Origin: Trichoplax sp. H2
Taxonomy: Eukaryota
NCBI GenBank assembly: GCA_003344405.1
Contig: NOWV01000283.1
Coordinates: forward strand, 1-64,000
Reading direction: 5' to 3'
Length of the DNA: 64,000 nt
Shown: in pieces, positions 27,466 through 41,740 of the stretch
How the letters are laid out: each line of letters begins with the position of its first letter
Position numbering within the stretch: position 1 is the stretch's first letter
Notes under the pieces: generated by a model
Told to the model about the DNA's origin: nothing
The model's input: the letters and a program-made list of their open reading frames with translations, nothing else
Database searches by the model: none
Made by a program: the position numbers and the translations under genes

Positions 27466-28599
27466 CTTTTGCATAGCTATCGTGGCACAATTTTCATAAG
27501 ATAACTAATCTAAGAATGAGTTCACATTAATTTATCTATGGTTTTTGCACATATTTATTAAATAATAGATAACTGTTTAGTTTAATAATGATCCTTACAA
27601 TCTGATAATATTAATAAAGTTTCCATTTTCTAGTACGACATTTTGTTATTCTCCAAAATAGCAACTTCTCCGACCGCTCGGACTTTCTATTAGCCTAAGA
27701 AAATGATAAATGTTACAATTATGAGATAACATCGCTCCAAGTATTGAATGATACAAGAGAAATATCTATAAATGTTTTTATCAAGTAATGTTATTATCTC
27801 CAGCATCATCATAGCAGCCAAAGTGACTATAACTATGAATGATTGTAGTCTATAGTAACAGTCTTTAAGAGTCAAAATGCTCATTTTAAGCAATTACTAA
27901 GTCAGTGTGACGTCAAATAAATCAGGATAGTAACCATAGAAACGCGATAGGCGTAAAATATAATTCTCTTATCAATCAATCCTTAACCATTAGGAACTTT
28001 ATGCCTTAGTACAAGTTTCAATAACAAAAATGTTGGTTATTATTAAATCATCAATTCTATTTTTTTAAATATTTTTAAGTATCTGCTTCCATTTTATGAA
28101 AATCTGCACACACAATGACAGTCTATATTTTTACCGGTATACTAGTCCCTCAAACTATCACACACCAAATGACACTCTCTATCAGTTCAAGTGTTAAAAT
28201 AACCATTTGTACATTTTACTTGTGTAATTAAATAAGAGTATGGAGCGAATCAAAGATTGTTTGTTTAATGCTAATGTTCACACATCGATTATATTATTAC
28301 AATACGGATGACTTGATCGAATCGGCTAGATTTTTAGGCGGTTGTAGCTAAGTAACGTATAGAAAATAAGGATTGCTATGCTTTCAATTATCAGGTCACT
28401 ATGAACATAGAAATCGGATATAATTTCATTCAATCTATTCTTAATAGAATACATGGATTGTTTTGCTTATTGTAAAGACTAATGCGCAAAGCAATTACTT
28501 TTAAGTAAGATTGCTACAAATAATGTAGTCGACTATAATTTCTTCTCATTTATTCCTACTCTCAATCTTTTTATCATTAATAAAAATCTCGTATTAGGT

Positions 28600-29232
28600 T
28601 GTGACAGTCTTATATACTGTATTAGAGTAGAAATATCTATGTTAGGATAATTCTGTTAGCCTATCCTCATTTAGTTAACTTCTAATTCGGATATGCTGTG
28701 TTTTAATATAGCACTGACTTTTTATGACAGAGACATATATATATACACATACTGAATTAATAGTTATAATAGGGAATGCAAATCATCTACTTACAGTTCA
28801 AATCATTGTGATTGTAACTTACTTATGGTAGATTGTAAATTATAATGGAAATGTTGCGTGATAAGACATATCATAATCTATCTATTCTATATTAGTTATC
28901 AGATTTCTATGTTCGCAAATACTGTTGTTTGCATTAAGGAAGCAGTAGCTAAAATTAATATCTAATTCAGTGAATGATTCCAAAGTTAGTCGTACCAACT
29001 ATGACTCATGAACTATTGAGGAATAGTATATAAATGCAGTATATCGTGTAATAAAGAGGATTCTCAAATTTAATGTTTAACGTAAAATATGAGGCGTCTA
29101 AGTCTTTTTGTAGTCTGCTAGTAGAGCAAAAGTGTTTCTGATAGTGCAGATATCGTTACTTGATACGTGGTTCAAGGAATTGACTTATTGATCGTACATT
29201 ACGTTATCTTGCTGCAAAGCTGTTTTGTGACA
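28600..29232 (+). mobile_element. Solo LTR (family A), 633 bp
   Basis: Starts TGTGACA and ends TGTGACA (TG...CA). Perfect 5-bp TSD TAGGT (28595-28599 and 29233-29237). TATATAAA at 29027 and AATAAA at 29050. Two homologous copies at 5861 and 6362. Confidence 0.92.
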
Positions 29233-31138
29233 TAGGTATCATACAGTTATCATGACATTAGATGCCATCAAAATTAACCCAAATGCTAAATACTGGTATA
29301 CTTATGGAAGCAGATGCATTATAAACTTAAAAAAGCTTGTAATATTAACTTATTTAGTTTTATAAATCCTTTTGAATCAAGTATTCAATCAAGTTTTTTC
29401 TCTTATTGATAAGAGATAATATAATCTAATTGCCTTGCATAATCGTAAAATATAGCTTTCATTCATTCTTGTCGAGTAGCTTCCGTAGATAGTTTCGAGT
29501 TAGGTTCTCTGATTAATACTGGAAATGATCATTTAATCAGATATGCTAAATTTTTTACATTATTTTTCTAATTTGAGGCATCCATGAAGGAACGATGATA
29601 ATTATACTAATCCAATTACAGGTATAGAATATGCAAACTAGCCTAGAAATTCAGTTAATATTGCAATAAAAATGCTACAGGGGAGTAAATTATCCTAATA
29701 CAATGCACAAGAATACACCTCTAAATTTTTATATGACCAGCAAGTATAAGGCCTAATCAAATCCTTAAAAAGTTATGTGAGAATATGCTTACGAGAAATT
29801 ACATATGGCACAGTTTTATTGCAGCATGAAACATGTTAGTGACTTTGCAGCTGAATCCTTTTAGTACTATCATTCATCCGACGACGTTAAAGCAATATCG
29901 TTCTTAGTGGCTGACCTTACTATCCTTGTGACAGTATACCACAAGTACCCTGACGTTTTCTTGCTTATTAATGTAAACTGGATCATTATAATTTAATTGG
30001 TAAGCTACTAGTTCTTTTTCTTACATTATAGCATAATCCTATGTTATCTATAAACAATAAGCATGATTAATAAAATGGTGATGCATAAAATTCTCCATTC
30101 ACTTGATTCTATACAGAACTAAGGCTGATCGGCAAGGGACCATTAGTAATCAACTACTTGGCCATCAACACTAATTACTAAAGACGTTTTAATTATGATG
30201 CTTAATGTAAAGAAGGCCTAATTTAAAGCATCTTAGTATCAGAAAACTATTATATTATTACCAAATGCATGATTAATTGTTATTTAACCACACCTTTCTC
30301 ATTTTGATCTTTGTTATCCTTATTATTAACGACTGGCTTTGATATGCAAAATAGATTGGTTCGAATCCATTATCTTATTATCCATTAGTCAGTAATATTA
30401 TCTGCTCATTCTCATGACATCGTCCAAATCATTTTGACAACGGAAGAACATGTTCATAACTATTCATAGTTAGTATAGACATTTCTGAAATCCAAGTATT
30501 CCTATCTTTGATGGAAAGTTTACTCTAAAAGCGTGATATTAATACTGAACATCAGCTGAATGAAGAATTTGTATTATTAGATTATAATTTAACAGCTTCA
30601 CGGCAATTTCATTCCATTTGAAACAGTGTCAGATACTCTAAAAGCGATTAAAGGCGGTCAATTTTTTGTCAATTTACCAATTGAAAATACATCAAAGGCT
30701 TCTAAGAGTTTTCGCTTTGGATGTGAAGCTATAGCAATTTTGCTCAACTTTATTTCTGTCCTATCTTATCAATCTACAGGTGGCATTATCTTCTATCGCT
30801 ATGAAGTCAATTAATTTACTCTGATTAAATTGAAGTTACTAGATCGAAGCGTATTGCCGTCCAATAAGAGGATTGCATTTCTATTGCAAATCTAACTACC
30901 ACTAGGAATGTCCTATATCCTACGCTTCTAAGGAGAAAAAAGATTGCCTCTAAAACGGATATTCAAGATTTAAACGACTCATAAAATAGGAACTGATCAA
31001 GAAAATCTTGACTAGCTCATCTCCTTAGTATATTTATTTTACAATTTATCTCTGGAAGCTAGTTTTGCCTCATGAACTATTCCGAAACACCTATCCTACT
31101 TTTACGATTCTAATCTACCTAACCCAATTGATCTCCTG

Positions 31139-34100
31139 ATGGATTTTCATATCAATTGGGTATATCAGCTTCTACTATTCCTCATTAGTTTATACCTTAA
31201 GCTATCCTTGGTGGATGGCCAATGTCCGCCAAATCTACAAGCATTAAATTGTAATTGTTCAATACTGCAGCAAGCTAGGATTAATGGTGGCATACGTAAT
31301 AAACTAACGAGAAATGTTTCATGTCGAAGTACTTCTATCCGTATCATGCCCGTTTTCGAACAGCCATTTGCATCAACGATTGGATCTTTGTAAGTTCTTA
31401 AATAGATAAGATCTAGATAAAACTTATACGAAGAATTATTATTTTTCAGTCAGTTTATGAGTTATCTCGCAGTAATTCTCAAAATCCACTAAAGTTTCCG
31501 TAATCGATAAATAATTATATGAGAAAGGTATCAAAATCAGGCGAGATAATTTCCATTCTTAGCTGCTTAGTTCTCTAAAATAGCTATTTTTAGAAAAGCG
31601 ATTTTCGTTGTATGATTAGCATACTTTACTCATGACTAAGGTGGCTTAATTTATCAGAAATAATTGCAATATGAATGTAGAAACAACCTACAGCTTGAAT
31701 TCCTTCTAAGCATATTGCACATTTGATATCACTAAGAATAGTCGCTTAATATCTAGTAACATACTGTTGAACGATGATTTAATGAATTAATACTTTTCTA
31801 CACTTATAGGGATTTGTCTTTAAATAATTTTCACGAAATTCAAGATCAAGCATTTATTAACTTAACTGCAGTAACCTATATGTAAGTATGAATTAATTAA
31901 TCACAGCTTATGGTATAGTAGATTATAACATAAGGAGAAAAAATATAAAAAAAGGTATTCCGGGGAATTAGCTTAATTTATCGGTTTTGCCTTGCTACTC
32001 ATTTGTATCTGTTCTTATTTGTATATAAAAATTTACTTATTTCCTAAGCGGTTGTTACAATGATTCTAATAAGTTGACTTCGAAATCAGTCAGTAGACTT
32101 TCTACATTTTTTTAAGCTAACAGCCTGGAGTATATCATAATATGTTTCAACTTCTATTTTTATATCTATTTCAACCGCCTAAAGATCCAATTTTAGTTTC
32201 AATTATAAGAGTAGTAATAATGAAGACATCTAATCATCATCAAGCCTCATTAGGTTTCATCGACTGTTATTAAAGAACATTAGATACCGTGAATTAGAAA
32301 TAAACACCACGCAGTTCACAGTTGTCTTAGATCTACATCAATATCTAAACTGCTACAAATTTTAGTATTTTAATCCCATCCGCTAGGTCGAATATAACAG
32401 ATTCCAATGTTTGCCTTATGAACATACATTCCCAATCCTTCTCGCCATCATAGTAAATTATTCACAGGTCATTCTCGTAGTAATAGTAGAATGAGATGTA
32501 TGGTTTTGACCTCAATTCCACAAGAGCGAAGACTTCTTAGTTGAACCTGCAATAATCTGCACTATAAAGAATACTATTCTTCTGCAAAGAAATACTTTGT
32601 TGCCTGCATCAAGTATAGCTCCTCAAGACTATTATTTATTACATAATATAGCATGATTTCTGTATCAGCTTTTATACTAGCTGATAAGTCCTAGTTAATA
32701 CCATTAACTTTGAAACCTTCCCATGAACTAAATGATGATCTTACTTGCCATTACCCAATGAAGACTGTAGGATTTACGAACTTAGATATCTGAATGACTA
32801 ATACAAATAGCCAGATTACATAATTTCCATACATGGGGCATTCTGGAGTTAACATCCAATCTGCATAAAGTAATTGATTGTAGATTATTCTCAACTTTCA
32901 TATGAGATGACCATTAATTTCGGTAACATAGTCTGGCAATAATGCTCTATGATCTGAATTAATTACTGACGAAATAATGGTTAAACAACAAAAGTGTCTT
33001 AAGGAAGATACAACTTTCCTGATCTGTATAATACAGTGAATTATAAGACAGTAATATACTATTATAGATTTTAACAATGTTCAGCTGTAAATGCTAGAAA
33101 AATTTACGAGACTAGAATTACGATATTTATCCAACATACTATACTACATTTAGCACGTTAGTTCTCTTTTTACTTGGCGATGTTTCTATATTACGTAACT
33201 GTTAATACATCGCTAGCAGAACTACCGCACATTTTGTTCATCTATCATGTTATAACCAAATTTAAGTAATCTACTCTTATTTTTAAATTTGCTTCATAAG
33301 GAGACTATAAGGCCTTAGTCTATTTATTGCTTTTTTTCAGTAATTTAGAAGGCAGCTTTTTATCAGGAATACAAAGTAAAGCATTTTCTAACTGCAAGCG
33401 CCTGAAAAATTTGTAAGTCAAATATTGTAATTTTAAATTATCCTAATTTAAATTCCTTTAATTCGCTAATTATGGCGGCAACGATAGCAAATAATTTCAG
33501 TAATTCGGATGAGAGTTTATAAAGAACTTTACGGAACTTATTTCATTAATAATTCATTTTACTTTCCTTAATTAATGAATAATTGTCTGGCGTATGATGA
33601 AGAATACTACGAAAAAATCAGTTTACTAGTCTTCCACCAAGGCTATTTATCCATTCTAATGCACTACAATATTTGTAAGTTATATCATTTATTTGCTATG
33701 ATTGAATTGATGTTAGTCTATATCTAAGGTTACAATATATTTAAGTACTTTACCTGCCGACTATTCTGGTTTACTTTACATCATTTTGGCAATTATCGAT
33801 GTTCACTTTGTCAGTTTTTCATAGCAACGTATGCTGTCGTTAAGATAAAATGAGGACAGAGTACAGGACTTTGTCTTTCCAAAATAATTCTTTGTCACAG
33901 TTTTACCGTAAGATTTCCTAGATGCACTATCTAATCGTTACTATAATCTCATATGGTTCAATTCGTTACTTATAGAGATTTGTCCGGAAATTTTATAAGG
34001 TATCTGCATGCGGATACATTCTACAATGCTAAAGCATTAACCTCACTGTAAGTATCAGTGGTGAATTTACTTAGATCTACGTTCCTTAAAAGATTATTTT

Positions 34101-37100
34101 GCTGCATATCTTATTCGTATATTATCATTTTTCTAGAAATTTAACAAATAATCTTCTAGAAACATTGCCGCTACAAACATTTAGCCGTTTAGACTCTCTC
34201 AAATTTCTGTAAGTAGCATCAAGACCATTTACATTATCTATACTTGTCAGAAAATTGGAATTAGCAATTACAATTAGCAGTTCAGATGTCAAATCCAATT
34301 CTATCACGGCACATTTTATGCCATAGCCCAGTCTAATAGAATAATTTTTGATGAGATTCATGTGACGATTATTAATATCCTGGAAATTGGTAGTACACAT
34401 TAGTACTTGTTTAAAGATATACTGAATATTTATTAATTCTATTTTGTTTTAAATTAAAGTAATATCGATAGCAATCCGCTAACATGCGACTGTCGGCTGC
34501 GTTGGTTGATGGCATGGGTAAAATCAACTCGGATTAATTTGTCTCTATCGCAGTCCGCAAAATGTAGTCAACCTTACTCTATTCAAGGTCGAATGTTTAG
34601 CAGTTTAACTTGGAAAGATTTAGCGTGTGGTGAGTCTAGAAACAGTGAAATGGAGTTATCACGTTATTAATTCATTTTCATCATCTCTCATATTTTTATC
34701 TGAATGCATTAGAAAAACTTAAAATTTAAAATTTGCAATTTATCATTTCTAGGTCCACCTGCAATGAAATCCAAGCCTGCAGACAGTCAACTACTATTTC
34801 ATAGAGATAAAATTACTTTACGGTGTCAAGCGAGTGGAGATATATATAGTACTGAAATGTCTTGGTTATTCCATAAGCACGAAATACCAAATGCTAGAGT
34901 TATTAACCATACGGCAGTTAAAAATTATAGTCAAATTTATACGTATACCGTAGAAACGACACTGACTCTAGATCTTATAGACTCAAGTGCTGCTGGCCAA
35001 TATATATGTGAATTTCGAAATGAAGCTGGTAAATCAGTTGCGAAAACACAGGTAATTAAATGGCTACAGTATCTATCATATTTTTAAAAAGGGCGATGAC
35101 AAAACAATAAATAGTAGATATCAAATTTACACCTGTTTAATAGCGTTGCCAAAGAAAGGCTATTCATTCCCTGCTTTATCTTTATTTAGTTAGCTATACT
35201 CAGTATCGATTTGTAACTAGCTAAAATAGCATAATGCCAAGCCTTCGAATGACAATCTACTTCATATTTGTATACAATTTTTTCTGCTAATACAGTTTAT
35301 TTGAACTCTATCCTTTTAAATAGATTTATGTAGCCAGTTCTGGTGTTAAATTTTGTAATGCTTCTACGACGCAAAGCGATAAGGGTACATTTAACTGGCC
35401 ACAGACGATGGGACAAGTTACTGTGCATTTACCTTGTCCGAAAGGAGCACAATTTGACTCTCAGCAAAGTTCAGAATCTCAGCAAGCAACAGTTCGTCGA
35501 AGCTGCACGAAATATGGCGCCTGGAACTTGATGGATGATAGCGATTGTCAATTCCAATATTTTCTTACGCAACAGCTATTTCTGTTATCCCGGGTAATTA
35601 TTTTTGAGAGTTTATTCGTTACATGTCTAATTAGTTATTTCCAATTTGCATTTGATACTACTAAATTGTCGATTTAGCGATGAAATAACTCGTTAGTTAG
35701 TACAGAATTTACTTTTAACAGTTTTCTTGTTAGTATTTAATATTGCACTAATTACTATCTGGAAACTTTGTAATCCTATAGGATGTAAATATTACGGACT
35801 TACATTTTAGAAATTTTGTAGTCTAATATTTGTAAACTTATTAAGTATGGAACTATGAACAAGATTAATGATCAATTCTGTCAAGAATAGCTTATTAGTC
35901 AAATGCAATCACTACAGTACGATTTAATAAGTAGAATTCAATTGAATACCAACATTCCCACTATCAATGATTATAATTAATCAACTATTTTCTTCAATAG
36001 ATTATTGTCAACGATGATGCATCAGCTACTATGGTTGGGACTAAATTTCAAAAATTAATCATTCAACATTATTCCCTTGTTCAACCCACTGATGTCTACT
36101 TAAGCTCGTTGATCTTAGAAAACTTGCAAACAGTAGCCAAGAGCAATACGAATGTAAGTCTTTGCATGGCTTATCCATTACTGGTAACTAATAATATAAA
36201 AATGTTTAGAATATTCACAATTATCTTGCTTCTATCTGCTATTTTAGGTTATGATGGTAATTATAAATGCAATCAATCTTTTCATGTCCAGTAAAACTAG
36301 TGCTTTAACTGAAGCTCAAGATTTACATAATGCCTGTACAAGGTATAAAATATTAAATGCTTATATTCAGCTAAGAAAAGCTGGTTTAATGATACCCTAT
36401 TTTTATAAATAAAAGTGTGACAATGTTATTATAACCGCTACTTTATCAATTACTATTTAGAATGATCAATGTGTTACAGCGATTGCTAAATTATATTGCC
36501 CCTCTTTCGCCTGGTATCAAATTTAATCAACTTGTTCTGGATAATCTTGCACTAGCAAATATTCAACTCAATCTCGACAATCAATTTCAAAGTATTCTAT
36601 ATGTCTTATTATTGCAATCTGGCCAGAAAGTAATTAATAAAATTACAAGCGAAAATCTTCAGCTTAATCGTGGTGACTTAACTGAAGACTTCTTCAACGA
36701 TAAGGCATGCTTTTCTAGCTATTTAAAATAACTTAAATAAAATGATTGCTACATATATATAATAAAGTATTGAAACATAATGTAAACTAATCATATGCTT
36801 TTAAGATTATTAATCGGAGTCTAAATCAAACGTTAGCAGTTCTCTTTTGTCCTTGAAAAATAATTGATACATAGTAACAGAATTATAACTAAATTTTGTT
36901 TCGGTAGCTAGTAGATTGATGACTCAATCTATTTAAGTTCAAATTGTTTGTAATGATGTATTAACGAAATACGAAATATTTAATAATCTCGACGATTTGA
37001 AGTTTAAATAGACAGCAACGGTAACAAAAATAGTTTACCAGTTTAAACCAGCACTTATTAGTAATCGAAATTAGAGGATTTCTTTCTCACATTTTTAGAG

Positions 37101-39983
37101 CATAACTGCAGGAATTTACCTTCCGAAAACTTTTCTACAAAGTGCATTTCCACTTCGTGGAACTAAAAGTCTGCAAGTTCTTATCCTAAGAAATACTAAT
37201 TTATTTCCATTATCGGTTATACAAAGAAAAAACTATCAGTTATCAGGAAGTGTACTAATAGCGAGAATAGGTCAGTTGTATACATAATGCAATAGCAGAA
37301 AAATAATATGAGAAAAACATTCAGTATATCAATATCTAGAAATAAATTTCACATTTTTCCTGATTACAAATTTTTGTAATGGTATCGCAAATTATTATAA
37401 ATTACAGATGGTGTGGCTATAACAAACTCAACAACTCCATTAACAGTTATTTTAAGACCACAATCGACTAAGGTAAAATTCGATCTACGGCCAGATTTAT
37501 CTACTTAAACTAAAATATTGACATGCATGATATCGATGATATTTATTACTTGAGTAGCATTAATTGCTTTCTTTTTAAAGTTTTCCAAGTAATTTTGAAA
37601 CTTTCACATTAAATTAAAGCAGAGTAAATACCGGTACTTAATGTATGATTTATGGTAGTTTTAGCCAAATTTAATCCTGCTAGTGATATAGAATAAATAT
37701 TAACTAAAGGTTACAATCGAGGGCATGGTAACACGATCTTCTGTTACACCTATGATAACCTAACTTCTTGCTTTAAACCATATCACAGCCAAGAGCGTCT
37801 TTTCGAATCAAAACGCAAGCAGATAAAAGTAAGTTCAACAGAGATACTACAATTATGCCGCCAGTTTACAATTTTTTCTTAATCAAATTTCATCTTCCTA
37901 TTTAGCTGTTAAGCCTACTTGGTCTTCATCAATTTGTCAACAAAGTCCTTCTAAGTTTGTCGCTTCTTGTAAACATATGGCTATATTTGCATTACATGGA
38001 GTAAGGACTAAATTCTTTAATATTCTATATTTGGCATAAATACTCGTATTTGAATAATTGTTTTCTGTCTATACTATCGAATGATTACAACATCCATTTT
38101 CTTAATCTAATTTTAATTTTACTATCTTAGAATAAAAGCAATAATGGATTAGCATGGCCGGACAATGCGCAACATTTCCATATTCGTCCATTGCAGTCCT
38201 TTACTTATGTTTTGATTACCATTGGAATAGTCTTTAATTTAATAATCACTTTAATCTACATTATATTGAGGTAAGAGAATAATGTCCATTTTTGAGGAAC
38301 AAATAATTTACCTTTTTTCATTGCAAATTCCATTTTGACTATTTACACTTCATATCATTTCGTTAAAAATGCCAATTAAATAATCGACTGTGTGCAATTT
38401 CTTTCCTCCACTAGCCAATTTGCAAATCCGTCGAATTTTGCTACTCTACGCACAATTCCAATCCGACTAAACATATGGATAACGGAAATTATAACATCCA
38501 GCACATTCTTACTAACATCGCGCTTAACAGAATTGCCAATTTTTTGCTCTATTGCCGAATCATTGCTAAATTTTATGCTGCTTTCATCGATAGCATGGAT
38601 GTTGGTTCATAATTTAGCTTTGCGCAATATTGTAAATCATACCTTGCAAGGTAGAGACGCATTTTTAACTCACATACGTTATTCCTGTATTGGTTGGGGT
38701 AAGTTTGATCCAGATTTAAAGCAACAGTTAAAATCATACGTATTTCAGATATATTACTTTAACTATCTAAAGAAAATCATACGATAGGTCTAACGTTATT
38801 TGCTTCGCTATTTTTAGTTGCACCTTTCGTTGCTACAGGCGTTGGTGCAGCCATTCTTATAAGTAATGGCAGCTACCAAGATCGGCAATTGTAAGTTAAC
38901 ATAACCATTAAACTATGCATTAAATTTCATGTTCCAGCTCTAATTCTTGTCTATACTCAAATTTTCTTGTTACATGGGCAAAAATTTTCGCTTGCTGTTG
39001 ATGGTTATAATGAATTTATTGGGTTCTATAGTAGCTGTGTTATTCGATTGCAAACGGAAGTTTACGTTTTCCTAATTACTCCAATTGCTGTTGTAACATT
39101 AGTCAATTTCTACTTATATGGCTCAACGATCCAACTTTTAAGAGATACAAACAATGTTTTCTCACATCTCAGTAGTAAGGAATCGCAGTCAATCCGTCAA
39201 CTGCTTTCTGCAACATTAATCAATATGATCTTCTTAGTCTTGGCTATCATCTCGGCTGGTTTTATTTTCCAGCCTAAGCCATCGACCAATCTTCTCTTCC
39301 CGGTCTCTTTTGCTATCTTGCTGTGCTTAATTGGTCTCTTCAATTTCATGTATACCATCTGCTGGTCTCAAGAGTTTCTAGTCCATAAAGAATTATTCAA
39401 ATTATCCTATATTATAGAAACTTGTTGCAGTGCATCCAGTGGCAATTATAACGTAACAGATACTTTGGAAGTGACTAATCATACTACATCCGAGCAAGAA
39501 TTTCAAAAAGAAGAGCATGAAATGAAATCTTTAACTCCATCTAGATCGTTGACAGTATCTCTTTCCAACCATGATGGCCAAGCTAGTAATAGCATTGATC
39601 ATCCTGTCAGGCTTGTCATATCGCCTCTAAATACCGATGGAATTCGTAGTCGAAGTCCTAAGAATTCTTCAGCGGCTACTAGTAGCGTATATAGTGGTAG
39701 GCATGGTCGTCAACAGCGCCAATATCTTTCTCGCCAGTCAATTCCAATCTCACCTGATTTTAGTCCAACGGGCCCTAACTTAACCTTAGCAAGTGATTCC
39801 AAAAAATCCGAATCTTTATCTTCACTAGAAAACCAATCCATGGTATGGGATGAAGAAGTGATGAATGATAGTTATTATGTTCGTCAAGTTGATCCTGATC
39901 AATTTTCATCATCTAGTCATCATCATGAGCGTTCTTTAGCAAGTTCTATAAGTAGTCGACATAATCGAACTACGAGAAGTTAA
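31139..39983 (+). CDS. Adhesion GPCR, ADGRA (GPR124/GPR125)-type architecture: signal peptide, LRRNT, LRRs, LRRCT, Ig, HRM, GAIN/GPS, 7TM, Ser-rich tail
   Basis: Hand-built exons with consistent phases: 31139-31389, 31810-31881, 33341-33412, 33603-33674, 33976-34047, 34137-34208, 34460-34629 (NPLTCDCRLRWL), 34753-35051 (Ig, ITLRC..W..GQYIC), 35324-35593 (HRM, KGTFNWPQT..LPCP..RSC..GAW), 36001-36153, 36248-36342, 36461-36704, 37099-37270, 37408-37472, 37789-37828, 37906-38000 (GPS, WSSSIC..CKHMAIFAL), 38131-38270, 38415-38698, 38818-38890, 39035-39983. Sum is 3660 nt, i.e. 1219 aa. Confidence 0.9.
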
Positions 39984-40987
39984 TCAAAAACTTAGCAGCT
40001 AGTCTGCGAAATTAGGCAAGTCTGCATTTTGGCAGAAACTTTGTTTGCTCGAATGCAAAGCAATTGCAAAAAATTGACTTAAGTGCTGTTCGTTCCCGAC
40101 ATCGACATTGAAAGGATCTTATTGTTTTATTGGATAGTTTCGAAGTATTTTTGAAAAGTATAAATCAAACTTGATAACCATTAACTTATGTATTATTACA
40201 GATTTCTTTTAAATTAGAATTATTTGACGCAGACAAATTTACTATATACGAATAAGTATCTTAATTTGGTAGCGGAGGTCTGCTACATTTCTCTTCAAGA
40301 ATATTTATGATTGTACACATAATTCAGTTGGTACAGGGCTCTTGCTTGAAGGAAAACAGCTAACAAGTTGTTATCGAATAAATGCAAAATCTAACCGTCA
40401 TGTATATATCTATCGTAAAATAATATTAAGTATAAATGCGCTTAAATAATATATTTTCGAAAGGGATTATTAAACACAATCTGAACGAAAAGTTTTTCTT
40501 AAGTTAATATTATAATCAGCTTACACGGCTATAAAATTATTCAAATTTCTTTTATAGATTTAGCTTTTCACATACAAAACACCTTGAAATACTCCTATTT
40601 CTTTTCTTGATTTTATGAATTGCATTATTGCAACTACCTTCACTTCATCAATTACTTTATTGCTACTATCTTGATTTTATTAATTACATTACCACTATTT
40701 TACTAAACATTATGTCTGTGTATATTATATAAGGCAATAATTTACATTCTTCTATTTTAAATTGAATATGCTCGTCATGACCAGCCTCTTTATTATTGCT
40801 AGAAAGTATTTTCTTACGCTACTTACAAAGTCGTTTGTATTAAATGATTACTAGCAACGTAGCAATAAAGTTAAAGACCTGCAATGAATATGGTAAATGC
40901 TAATTCAAGTGCAATAAAATAAGTAAACAATTTATAATTATATGGCCATGTCACAATACAAATACACCGTGAATGATACAGTATAAA

Positions 40988-41740
40988 TTTAGTATTTGCG
41001 CCCTGGTAGATCTTCATACCAATTGTTGATTCTATATGATTTATGCTTACGTACATGAATCAGTTGGAGTTCTATAGTTGGATAAAGTTAGGTTACTCGA
41101 TGTGTTCCGTTATAATTCGGTCTCGATAATCTAAAGTGACTACTTGCTTATGTTAAAAATTGAGTTATTGAGAACTAATTCGTTGTTAATCGATTTTATA
41201 GTTTTAGACGAGTAGTAGCAATGCCGATTGGTTGTTATTGTTGGAATAAAGTAACATAGCTCAAGCTTGCGAAATTTGTCTGTGAGACTGTAATTTAAAA
41301 AGAGTAAAATACTTTACTGTATTCTTTATCACGAGAATAGTCAGTGATAGGCCAATAAAAGTTGAATTAGCTCATCTAGAGTATTCCTTCGATAAATAGG
41401 AAAGGCTATTGCCGTATTAGTACTATATATTGTGATATTGTGGGAAAATATTACTAGTTTAGACAGTTTTGCACTGAGGATAGATGGTCGTTATTAGTTT
41501 AGTAGACGAGTTGTTTTCTGTAGTAAAGTGGCAGTTTAACTATTTCTAGGCTGGCATAATTTATACTAGCAGGCAATACTCCTCGCTGGCAATAGTTTAA
41601 CTTTTATCCTACATACAAGATCAACATGTATAATCTGTCTCACTATTTTAGCTATTTTAGCTCAATTCAGGATCACTCATCCAATCGATCACTAACCACC
41701 TTTAAAAATTTATAAGTAATCCCTTGTCGTTATTCATACA
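40988..41740 (+). mobile_element. Candidate degraded LTR-like sequence, boundaries uncertain
   Basis: TGCGCCC near 40997 followed by TGTTGATT..ATG/TTTATG resembles the start of the 7930 element. AGTTAGGTTACT is shared with the 2823 candidate. An alternative boundary, 41101-41740, is TGT...ACA flanked by TCGA on both sides. Confidence 0.3.

Noticed and set aside
37710..37763. Alternative GAIN exon starting at 37710
   Set aside because: In the required phase it reaches TAA within 18 codons; the acceptor at 37788 keeps the frame.
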